Shown here: piece by piece, positions 51,144-60,600 of the stretch
Layout of the letters: every line of letters begins with the position of its first letter
How positions within the stretch are numbered: position 1 is the first letter of the stretch
IMG/VR virus record: IMGVR_UViG_3300028048_000078
From: an uncultured virus (IMG/VR IMGVR_UViG_3300028048_000078)
Taxonomy: Duplodnaviria > Heunggongvirae > Uroviricota > Caudoviricetes
Strand: one strand, 5' to 3'
DNA: 64,000 nucleotides
Notes under the pieces: model-generated
What the model was told of the DNA's origin: nothing
Databases searched by the model: none
The model's input: only the letters and a program-made list of their open reading frames with translations
Translations under genes and position numbers: made by a program

Positions 51144-51628
51144 TTGGTAAAAAGAAATCACTCTTATAATATAGGAGAGGTAGTAGAAGCTACTGGTGGT
51201 TATTTATTAAAGTGTAAAATAGCAGGAACAACAGACTCTAACCCTATTATTATAGGGGGGGGGCAGAATTAGTTGATGGAACAGTAACTTGGCAAGTTAT
51301 TGATGATGGAGATATGCCTAGTGATATATTTTTAATGGAAACCTCATCAGTAGTTGATGGTTTGTATAATGTTCCGTATGATGGTTATGTAACTTTGCTA
51401 GGTAAGCTTAGTGGTGCATCTGGTGCTACATTGAGAAATTCTAATAATAGTTGGTTGGGTGGGTGTAATTTTTTTAGTGTTAATAATAGTGAATTGGGTA
51501 ATTATTCCATTAATACTATATCAGTTAAGCAAGGACAAAATATTTGTGTTTATCCACCAATGTTGTCAGATTTTCAGTTAAGGTTTATCCCATCAATAAA
51601 ATCAGCTAAGAAACTAGGACTATTGTAA
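51144..51628 (+). CDS. Poly-G cassette 7 (G9, frameshifted)
   Basis: RBS AGGTG, TTG 51144 VKRNHSYNIGE...CKIAGTT; G9 at 51255-51263 gives a stop; G10 gives GGGAELVDGTVTWQVIDDGDMPSD into ORF 51314. Confidence 0.85.
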
Positions 51629-51664
51629 AAACCAGTATAATTGAGTTAAAGGGGGTGAAATAAA

Positions 51665-52765
51665 ATGCTGAAAGCATATAAATTTAGGTTATACCCAAAT
51701 AAAAATCAAGAAAAACTTATTAATCAAATTTTAGGAAGTTCTAGATTTGTGTACAACCACTGTTTGTCTTTGAAAGGTGAGATGTATAAAAACGGAAAAC
51801 AAAAATTTTCCTATTCAGATATGTCCAAACATATTACAGATTTGAAACAGTGCGAAGAATATGAGTGGTTAAAGGCAAGTGATAGTGTTGCTTTACAACA
51901 GTCTCTCCGTGACCTTGATTTAGCTTTCCAAAGATTTTTCAAGAAACAAGCAAAATACCCAAAATTTCATAGTAAACGTAAGAAAAATTCTTATAGAACA
52001 ATCAAATCTGTAATAGTAGGCAGTGGTAAACTACGCTTGCCAAAATTAGGACTTGTAAGATTTTCTCAGTCAAGAGCTTTCAATGGAATAATCAAAAATG
52101 CTACAGTGTCAAAGACACCATCAAATAAGTATTTTGTTTCACTTCTCGTTGAGCAAGAAGATTGTTTTGGTGTATCACAAGCCAATGAAGTCGGTATTGA
52201 TTTAGGTATTAAGGACTTTGCTATCTGCTCTGATGGTACGAAATACCGCTATGATGAACAAAAGCTAAAGAAGTTAAACAAGAAACTAAAGAAATTACAG
52301 AGAAAGTTTGCAAGAACACAAAACAAATCTCAAAACCATGAGAAAATGAGAGTAAAGGTAGCTAGACAATATGAGAAAATTTCCAATATAAAAACTGATT
52401 TTCTTCATAAGCTTTCAACCAAGCTAGTAAACGAAAACCAAGTTATTAGCATTGAAACATTGAGAATCAAAAATATGTTGAAAAACAGAAAATTGTCTAG
52501 GTCTATTCATGAAATGTCTTGGAACAAATTTGTAAATATGCTTGAATACAAAGCAAATTGGAAAGTGAATTGCAAAGTAGTAAAGATTGATACATTCTTT
52601 GCTAGTTCTCAAACTTGTTCAAATTGTGGGTATAAAAACCCAAAGGTAAAGAATTTGAGTGTAAGGGAATGGAAATGTCCAAGATGTCATACTACACATG
52701 ACAGAGACATAAATGCAAGCATAAATATTTTAAATGAAGGTAAAAGGCTATTGAATATAGTTTAA
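51665..52765 (+). CDS. tnpB: TnpB RNA-guided nuclease (canonical, Zn finger)
   Basis: AYKFRLYP, GIDLG, IETL, SSQTCSNCG...CPRC...HDRDINASINI. Confidence 0.93.
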   Translation: MLKAYKFRLYPNKNQEKLINQILGSSRFVYNHCLSLKGEMYKNGKQKFSYSDMSKHITDLKQCEEYEWLKASDSVALQQSLRDLDLAFQRFFKKQAKYPKFHSKRKKNSYRTIKSVIVGSGKLRLPKLGLVRFSQSRAFNGIIKNATVSKTPSNKYFVSLLVEQEDCFGVSQANEVGIDLGIKDFAICSDGTKYRYDEQKLKKLNKKLKKLQRKFARTQNKSQNHEKMRVKVARQYEKISNIKTDFLHKLSTKLVNENQVISIETLRIKNMLKNRKLSRSIHEMSWNKFVNMLEYKANWKVNCKVVKIDTFFASSQTCSNCGYKNPKVKNLSVREWKCPRCHTTHDRDINASINILNEGKRLLNIV

Positions 52766-52779
52766 ATTATAGATAAAAC

Positions 52780-52940
52780 TGTACCGTAGGGCTTACGGAA
52801 TCAGCGTACTGGATGTACGGAAAGCCTATGGAGACTGTGTAAGACATAAAGGTGTGATTATATCATACTTCATATATGCTATGGTCAAGGAAGTAGGAAT
52901 TACCCACCCTTACAAGTGAAGGGGTAGGGAATGATGTCAA
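52780..52940 (+). ncRNA. Putative omegaRNA scaffold / IS right end
   Basis: accgtagggcttacgga...gcctatggag...gaagtaggaa, terminal hairpin, ends ...gtcaa. Confidence 0.65.
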
Positions 52941-52950
52941 TGTAATAGGT

Positions 52951-52979
52951 TTGACAAATATATAGTTTTATGTTATAAT
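52951..52979 (+). promoter_or_regulatory. Consensus promoter upstream of lysis genes
   Basis: TTGACA-N17-TATAAT with TG. Confidence 0.8.
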
Positions 52980-53093
52980 ATGTCTGTAGGCAGTTAGGAT
53001 GATGGTAGGTAGGGATGCTAAGACTTTGGGCTTGGTATCCCTATTTACTTTATCTACGGAAATACTCATAAAGGGGAGGTTTACGGACAAATT

Positions 53094-53570
53094 ATGACTT
53101 TTGAACAAGTAATTATATTAGCTATTGGTGCTTTTATAACTGCTATTATTCATGCTATAGTCTCCCACTTTCAAAAGCTACATGAGCAACATCAAAAAGA
53201 ACAAAAAGAGCGTGATAGAACAGTAGATGGGTTAGTTGTCAAGATTGATGATGCTTTAGAGGAGTTGAAGCAGTTTGAAGAATTACATGAGGATATTAGG
53301 GATTTATCTTTACAGTTAGATACCCTAAAGCATAGTATTAAATCAATTCTGCGAGACAGAATAATACAGTCTTGTAGGGTATTTATTGAGAGGGGTTCAA
53401 TAACTCTAACAGCAAAGGAAAATATCTGTGGTATGTATAAGTGGTATTCAGCTTTGGGCGGTAATGGAACTTGCAAATACTATTTTACAGAGATGGATAA
53501 TCTTCCAGTAGATAATACACCTACAGTACCAAGAGTAAAGATACCAGAAGAAGGGAGTAATCTAAATTGA
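53094..53570 (+). CDS. Holin-like protein
   Basis: N-terminal TM helix, coiled coil, LRDRI...YSALGGNG; directly precedes the endolysin. Confidence 0.65.
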   Translation: MTFEQVIILAIGAFITAIIHAIVSHFQKLHEQHQKEQKERDRTVDGLVVKIDDALEELKQFEELHEDIRDLSLQLDTLKHSIKSILRDRIIQSCRVFIERGSITLTAKENICGMYKWYSALGGNGTCKYYFTEMDNLPVDNTPTVPRVKIPEEGSNLN

Positions 53571-54139
53571 AGGTAGTAGATTTAAGTGCATGGCAAGAAG
53601 ATGTTGATTGGGATACTTTATCTAATGAATTCGATGGCGTAATTCTTAAGATTGGTCAAGGTACACACATGGATTCTATGTTTGTAGAGCATGTAAATAA
53701 TGCAGTAGCTCATAATATGCCTTATGGAGTTTATTATTACAATAAAGCACAGTCTGTAGAAGAAGCACAAGCAGAAGCACAGCAAGTAGATGAATGGATT
53801 AAGACTTGGCTTAATGGTAAAAATCCACAATTAGGCATTTGGGCAGATGTAGAAGATGAGAGGATGTTAAACGGTGATGCTACAGCAAGTGCTATGGCGT
53901 TTGTAAACTATCTTTGGGGTAAGGGATATAATTATGTTGGTATCTATACTTCATATAGTTGGTTAACCTATGGCAACTTAGATACAAGTGCATTAAAAGA
54001 TGTAGCATTATGGGTGGCTCAGTATTACAGTGAGAATAGCTTATTAGAGGAACAGCCAGACTTGATTTGTAAGATGTGGCAATATACAGACCATTATAGT
54101 GATGAATTTCCTTATGATGCTAGTGTGTATTATGAATAA
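53567..54139 (+). CDS. GH25 lysozyme (endolysin)
   Basis: VVDLSAWQEDVDW, GVYYY, WADVE, GIYTS, LWVAQY, WQYT. Confidence 0.9.
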   Translation: MKVVDLSAWQEDVDWDTLSNEFDGVILKIGQGTHMDSMFVEHVNNAVAHNMPYGVYYYNKAQSVEEAQAEAQQVDEWIKTWLNGKNPQLGIWADVEDERMLNGDATASAMAFVNYLWGKGYNYVGIYTSYSWLTYGNLDTSALKDVALWVAQYYSENSLLEEQPDLICKMWQYTDHYSDEFPYDASVYYE

Positions 54140-54146
54140 AAAGTAA

Positions 54147-54175
54147 TTGACAAGTCCTTTAGGTTATGGTACAAT
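54147..54175 (+). promoter_or_regulatory. Promoter
   Basis: TTGACA-N17-TACAAT with TG; aagtcctt/aaggactt inverted repeat at 54152 and 54193. Confidence 0.7.
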
Positions 54176-54225
54176 ATACATATCATAATTTGAAGGACTT
54201 TTTAAATCAGAAGAGGAAAAGTAAA

Positions 54226-55932
54226 ATGATAACAGTAAAATACGATAAACCAATAAAACTAAAAACTAAACAGAGCATATTTGTATCTTTTCCCTATAAG
54301 GCAAAGATAGTAGATGCAATGAGAACATTTTATGGTAGATACTATCATGCAGATACTAAAACTTGGGAATTAGATTACAGTAGCTTAGATGAAATTAAAA
54401 GACAGTTACCTAATGAAGAATTTACAGTAATAGGCAAACCAATTAGTAATAAAAAGTTTAATGAAAAAGAAGTAGATAGAACTATTTCTCTGCCTAAGAA
54501 CTTAAAGACAAAACTATATCCATTTCAGATAGATACTTTTTATGAGGGTATGGCCTATGACAAGTATATATTGAACCTTGATACAGGTACAGGTAAGTCG
54601 ATTTCAGCACTTACAATTACATCAAAACGAATGGAGTTAGGACAAGTTAAGCGTTGTTTGATTATACCTTGTGTAGCTACATTGAAGTATAATTGGCAAA
54701 ATGAGATAAAACAGCATTTTGGTGAAGATGCTAAAGTGTTGGGCAATAGGAAGAATAAGAAGGGTATTTGGTCAGTTAAGTCTAATGAAGATAAATTAGA
54801 GGACTTAAATCATCTTAATAAGGACGATAAGTGGCTTATTACTAATATAGAGTCATTAAGAAATACTAAGATAAAAGAGAAGCTAAAGAAGCTTTTGGAT
54901 AAGGGCGAAATTGATTGTATAATTGTAGATGAGTGTCATAAGTGTGCTCATACATCAGCTCAACAGACTAAGGCTTTAATGCTTTTAGAGAATCATTGTA
55001 AATATTCGTTACTTCTTACAGGTACTATTCTTATGAATAAGCCTACAGATTTATATGTACCACTTAAGATTGTTGGTATAGAAGAAGCTAACTTTAATCA
55101 GTTTAAACATAGATATGTAGTTTTCGGTGGGTTCAATAATTGGCAGATAGTCGGTTTTCAGCATTTAGACCACCTACAAGATAAACTTAGTAAAGTGTCA
55201 AAGAGAATAAGGAAAGAAGATGTTTTAACTGAGTTACCACCACAAGTATTTATTGATGAGTATGTTGAGATGGACACCAAGCAATCTAAGATTTATAGTG
55301 ATGTTTTGCAGGATATTGTAAATAATATTGATAATGTGAAGCTTTCACCAAATCCTTTATCACAGATGATACGACTTAGACAAGCTACAGCAGATACTTC
55401 TATTCTTAGTAGTACAGTACAAGAGTCAGTAAAATTTGAGAGAGCTATGGAGCTTATTGATGATATTATTGATAATGGTGAGTCTGTATTAGTATTTAGT
55501 AATTGGGAAGCAGTAGTCTCTAAGTTTAATGCTTATATTGGTAATAAGTATAAGACAGCGGTAATTACAGGTAAGGTAAAAGACCGTGAGGGTGAAATAA
55601 AGAGGTTTAATGCTGATGGTTGCAATATTATGATTATGACTATTGGTGCTGGTGGTACAGGCTTGACATTAAATAAAGCTAATAATATAATAATGTTGGA
55701 TGAGCCTTGGACAGCTACAGATGTTAAACAGCTTACATCAAGAAACTATCGTATAGGTCAGACAAAGACTACAGTTGTGTATACCTTAATGTGCAAAAAC
55801 ACCATAGATGAGCACATACATTCGATTATTAAGAGGAAGGGTGCTTTAGGTGAAGCTGTTGTAGATAAGAAATATGACCTAAAGAATCCAAAGATTATAG
55901 AATATTTATTAACAGGCGAAGGGGAAATTTGA
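54226..55932 (+). CDS. SNF2-family helicase
   Basis: LDTGTGKS, IVDECH, LLTGT, GGTGLTLNKA, RNYRIGQ. Confidence 0.92.
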   Translation: MITVKYDKPIKLKTKQSIFVSFPYKAKIVDAMRTFYGRYYHADTKTWELDYSSLDEIKRQLPNEEFTVIGKPISNKKFNEKEVDRTISLPKNLKTKLYPFQIDTFYEGMAYDKYILNLDTGTGKSISALTITSKRMELGQVKRCLIIPCVATLKYNWQNEIKQHFGEDAKVLGNRKNKKGIWSVKSNEDKLEDLNHLNKDDKWLITNIESLRNTKIKEKLKKLLDKGEIDCIIVDECHKCAHTSAQQTKALMLLENHCKYSLLLTGTILMNKPTDLYVPLKIVGIEEANFNQFKHRYVVFGGFNNWQIVGFQHLDHLQDKLSKVSKRIRKEDVLTELPPQVFIDEYVEMDTKQSKIYSDVLQDIVNNIDNVKLSPNPLSQMIRLRQATADTSILSSTVQESVKFERAMELIDDIIDNGESVLVFSNWEAVVSKFNAYIGNKYKTAVITGKVKDREGEIKRFNADGCNIMIMTIGAGGTGLTLNKANNIIMLDEPWTATDVKQLTSRNYRIGQTKTTVVYTLMCKNTIDEHIHSIIKRKGALGEAVVDKKYDLKNPKIIEYLLTGEGEI

Positions 55933-56414
55933 TGATTAAAAAATTCGGATTATTTTTATTTATCTTTAGTTTATTTTTTGTGGCGATTTTGCTCCATAGT
56001 GAGCATGAAAAATCTATTGACACGTTACAGAATGAAGTGTATAATAGAGATGTGGAGATAAAAGAATTAAATGAAAATTTAAAAAATGAAAGAGAGCGAG
56101 TAGCTGAGCTTAAAGAGAAGTTAGAAGCACAGAGAGAGCAAGAAGTAAGTCGTGGCTATACAAGAAAGTTTACTTGTGAAGCCACATACTACACTCACAC
56201 AGGCTCCGTTTGCAGTAACGGTAACTACCCAGTAGCAGGAAGAACAGTGGCTTGTAATTTCCTTCCTTTAGGCACAAAGATAAGAATTAACGGACACGTT
56301 TATATTGTAGAAGATACAGGTGGTATGGGAAACAATGTAATTGACATATTTGTTGATTCTTACGAAGAAGCTATTCAAAATGGTAGACATTCTATTGAGG
56401 TGGAGGTGATATAG
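55932..56414 (+). CDS. Membrane-anchored 3D-domain protein (cell-wall lytic)
   Basis: TM + coiled coil + ATYY...TVACNFLPLGTKI...VEDTGG...IDIFV. Confidence 0.85.
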   Translation: MIKKFGLFLFIFSLFFVAILLHSEHEKSIDTLQNEVYNRDVEIKELNENLKNERERVAELKEKLEAQREQEVSRGYTRKFTCEATYYTHTGSVCSNGNYPVAGRTVACNFLPLGTKIRINGHVYIVEDTGGMGNNVIDIFVDSYEEAIQNGRHSIEVEVI

Positions 56415-56415
56415 G

Positions 56416-56796
56416 TTGAGTAAATATTTTTCTGAGGAAGAAACTAGGTGTCATTGTGGTTGTGGACAGAATCATGTAAATCCACTGCTTCTTGAAAAGC
56501 TTGATGCTATGCGTGAGATGATTGGTGGCCCGATTTATCTTAGTTGTGCTTACCGTTGTCCTGCTCATAATGCAGAGATACCAGGTAGTGCAAAGAATTC
56601 CCAACATGTTTTGGGAAATGCTGCTGATGTATTGGTACCAGATTATGAGCATTGTCATACAGTAGACCAATTAGCTTGGTATGCACAGCAAATTGGCTTT
56701 GATGGCATTGGTCGCTATTATGGTGATGAGTTTGTGCATGTAGATGTGCGTGATGGGGGCGAAAGCCCTAATTACTACACTTGGAGCGAGGATTAA
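56416..56796 (+). CDS. Peptidase M15A-family protein
   Basis: CHCGCG, YRCPAHN, SQHVLGNAADV, GIGRY, FVHVDVR. Confidence 0.88.
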   Translation: MSKYFSEEETRCHCGCGQNHVNPLLLEKLDAMREMIGGPIYLSCAYRCPAHNAEIPGSAKNSQHVLGNAADVLVPDYEHCHTVDQLAWYAQQIGFDGIGRYYGDEFVHVDVRDGGESPNYYTWSED

Positions 56797-56798
56797 TT

Positions 56799-57014
56799 AT
56801 GTTTAATAAATTTAAAAATGATATTGTGGATAGACAAATCAATAATACAAACTTTATTGAACAGATTGACATATTGATAACTAGATTAGAGTGGCTAAAA
56901 TCATCTATAGAGAGTAATGATAGGTCAATGATGCAGAGTAGAGCAACTAGGTTAATTGATATGTTGGAGCAAACAAGTGTGACTTGTAGTATTATTAAAT
57001 ATTTTTGTAGTTAA
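56799..57014 (+). CDS. Hypothetical protein
   Basis: ORF in operon with GAGG RBS. Confidence 0.55.
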   Translation: MFNKFKNDIVDRQINNTNFIEQIDILITRLEWLKSSIESNDRSMMQSRATRLIDMLEQTSVTCSIIKYFCS

Positions 57015-57026
57015 AGGAGATTTAAT

Positions 57027-57368
57027 ATGGCAGATATTGATATGGTTGCAAAGCTTAATGATGAAATTAATAAGCTTAAGAAAGAGCTTGATAAGTATAA
57101 GGCTGAGATTAAGGCTGATGGTGAAGGAACTTATGATGGACTTAATTACAGTGCCATTGTAAGTATTCGTGAAACTCAGAAGTTGGATGCAGATAAAGCA
57201 ACAGAGGTAGCTAAGAATAATGGCTTAAAATGGATTCTTAAGACAACCATTGATGAAAATATTCTTGAAGATGAGATTGCTTTGGGACACATTGATGGCA
57301 AGTTATTTGCTGACTGTATCAATACTACCAAAACACAAGTAATTAAATTTGTAAAGAGAAAGAAGTGA
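57027..57368 (+). CDS. Hypothetical protein
   Basis: ORF with AAGGAG RBS. Confidence 0.7.
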   Translation: MADIDMVAKLNDEINKLKKELDKYKAEIKADGEGTYDGLNYSAIVSIRETQKLDADKATEVAKNNGLKWILKTTIDENILEDEIALGHIDGKLFADCINTTKTQVIKFVKRKK

Positions 57369-57589
57369 TTGAGATGCCAAAGATTAAAGAAGTAACAGTA
57401 AGCAGTAAAATGACAGTGAAGATTAGGGATAATTATAGTTCTTTTGAATCGTCTTATACTGCTGATGTATCAGATTTAAAAACAGATGCCGAAGTAGATT
57501 CTTATACATTGAAGCTTTACGATAGGGTCAATAATATTATTGACACTGAGGTACAGGAGTTATTTGAAATGTATAATAAAAACAATTAA
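57365..57589 (+). CDS. Hypothetical protein
   Basis: ORF in operon. Confidence 0.6.
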   Translation: MIEMPKIKEVTVSSKMTVKIRDNYSSFESSYTADVSDLKTDAEVDSYTLKLYDRVNNIIDTEVQELFEMYNKNN

Positions 57590-57607
57590 AGAAGGGATTG
57601 TTGCTTT

Positions 57608-60600
57608 TTGACAAAAGTTATTAAGAGGGACGGTTCTCTTGTTGATTTTGATAAAAACAAAATAGTTAATGCTATATTAAAGGCTATGAAGGTTGGCGGT
57701 AAGATTTCTAAGAGCGTAGCAGAGCATATAGCAGAAGCTATCTTTGATAAGTATAGAGGTGCAGTAGAAGTACCAATTTGTGAGATTGAGCTTATGGTGT
57801 TTAATGAGCTTATTTCTAGAGGGCATAAAAATACTGCAAAGGCTTATGAGGGCTATAGAGCCATTAGAGAGTATCAGAGAAATATAACCTCTGAAACTGA
57901 GTCTAAGGTTATGGAAATGTTGGGCAATAACAGTGAATATTGGACTAGTGAAAACTCCAATAAGGATGCTGAATTAGTTACAACAAAACGTGATTATATG
58001 GCAGGTATCCTCAGTAAGGATTTGAGTAAGAAGTTTATATTTAGTCCAGATGTTGTTCAAGCAGACAGAGAAGGTATCATAAAGATACATGATTTGGATT
58101 ATTCACTGCAACATTTAACTAACTGTGAACTCATTAATCTTGATGATATGTTACAGAATGGCACATGTATTAATGGTGTAAGGATAGATAAGCCACATAG
58201 ATTGATTACAGCTATTACTATTGCTACGCAAGTGATAACAGCAGTAACTTCTTCAACTTATGGTGGAGCATCTATTACATTAACCCACTTAGCCCCATTT
58301 GTTAGGGACAGCTACAATTTATACTTAAAGAAATATAGAGAACGTGGCCTCACAGACGAACAGGTTGAAAAATTTGCGAAAGAGGATTTACAAAAGGAGA
58401 TTTCTGATGGTGTACAGACATTTAATTATCAGATAAATAGTATGTGCAACACTAATGGTTAAGATTGGCCCACTATAGTAGAGATACTATATGTGAATGA
58501 TGGTGAACCTATAAATATAGGGTGTGCAACTCACGAATAGGAATTGTAGGAAATGACAATTAGGAGTTGTGCTGACAGGGAAAGTGAATTATTGAATTTA
58601 TGGTAGTATATGAGGCAAAAAATATAGTAAATGGGAAAAGATATATTGGACAGACTACACAAGACTTTTTAATCAGAAAACAGCAACATTTAGATAGTAT
58701 TAAGTATAATAACAGTGGTTGTCATCTATTTAAGCGGGCATTGATTAAATATGGTGAAGATAAGTTTGTTTGGAAGATAATTGATGTGGCTACAAGTAGG
58801 GAAGAACTTAATTTAAAGGAAAGCTTTTGGATTGAGTTCTTTAAAACAACTGATGTTAACTTTGGGTATAACCTTAAGGGTGGTGGATATAACCCATTCT
58901 TAACAGACAGAGTTAAACAAGCAATAGGTGATGCTCAAAGAGGCGAGTTAAACCATAGTTTTGGTAAGCTTGGTGCTGATAATCCCAGCAGTAAAGCTGT
59001 TATAATTGTTGATACGGGTGAAGTATTTAGTGCTGTGTCTGAAATGTGTAGAAAGTATACAGATTTTCTTGTTAGTAGGGTTTGTTCAGTTTGTAGGGGT
59101 GAAAGGTATACATATAAGGGCCACATATTTAGGTATTTAGATGCGGATGGTCATATAATAGATAATGGGTTGCCTACTACATTTAGTGAAATACACTTAT
59201 TAAAGCATAATAATTTATCTAGTGTATCTAAAAATAAGAAAAGGATTTTAGATGTTACTAATAATGTTTTATATGAAAGTGTTGTTGATGCTGTTGGAAA
59301 GCGTTATCAGAGGTCTTTGCTTCGTAAATTACATGATGTTGATGAGTGTGATTATCATAATATTCATTGGAAGTTAATTCACTAATCCAGTGCCAAGCTA
59401 AAGAAGAAATTCTTTAGTGGGTGTAACGACTAGAACATACGACCTAAGTTATATTTTAATATGGTTATGAAGTTCGTACATTCTAGGTGAAATTCCTAGT
59501 TTGGAAGTGCCATCCACCCTAACAAATAGAGTTGAGGGTGAAGATATAGTCTACAGAGTTGACGGACTCTGCAATCTCCGTTTTTAAGCGTATTTATGTA
59601 TTTAAATGAGAATACTGAATATACAAAAGAAGTTGCTATGTTAATTGAGGAGTTCCTTAAGCAACGTATTCTTGGTATGAAAAATAGGGAAGGTCAGTAT
59701 ATAACACCAGCTTTCCCTAAGTTACTTTATGTATTAGATGAAAATAATATACATGAGGATAGTGAGTATTTTTACTTGACTAAGTTATCTGCTGAATGTA
59801 CTGCAAAGAGAATGGTTCCAGATTACATATCAGCAAAGGTAATGAAGGAATTGAAAGGTGATGTATACAGTTGCATGGGGTGTCGCTCGTTTCTTACCCC
59901 AGACCCAATAAATCATAAATATTGGGGTAGGTTTAACTTAGGTGTCGTCACTGTTAATTTAGTTGATATTGCTTTATCTTCTGAGGGAGATTTTGAGCAG
60001 TTTTGGAAAATTTTTGATGAACGTACTGAGTTGTGTCATAAGGCACATAAATGTAGATTAGATAATTTAAGAAATACTGTTGCTGATGAAGCTCCTATTT
60101 TATGGATGGATGGAGCATTGGCCAGACTTAAGCATGGTGAGAAGATTGAAAAGTTATTCCACAATAATTATGCAACTATTTCTTTGGGTTATGCTGGTTT
60201 ATATGAGTGTGTTAAATACATGACAGGTAAATCTCACATGGATGGTGCAGAGGGCGAGAAGTTTGGGCTTCAAGTTATGCAAGCATTGAATGATAAGTGT
60301 GCTGAGTGGAGAGAAGCAGAGAATATCTCCTATAGTCTCTATGGTACTCCTATGGAATCTGGTACGTATATGTTTGCAAAAGCTTTACGTAAAAGATTTG
60401 GCGTTATTGAAGGAATTACGGATAGAAATTATATTACCAACTCTTATCATTATTGGGTTAAAGAGCCTGTAGATGCTTTTACTAAACTGACTAAAGAGGC
60501 AATTTTTCAGAAATTAAGCCCAGGTGGGTATATTAGTTATGTAGAAGCCTGTGATGTCAGCAAGAATCTTGATATTGTTATTAGTCTCATGAGACATATT

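Noticed and set aside
45518..51628. Invertase/shufflon-type cassette exchange or extra DGR targets
   Set aside because: All cassettes are on the same strand, no recombinase or conserved crossover sites were seen, and no second VR copy of the TR was found
45518..51628. Calling the frameshifted cassettes ordinary pseudogenes
   Set aside because: Each has a single lesion, always at a G tract, and both halves are otherwise intact
52941..52961. Second TnpB guide matching the IStron tnpB promoter (shared ttgacaaatat at 43625)
   Set aside because: Only 11 nt, outside the seed, and mostly the -35 consensus
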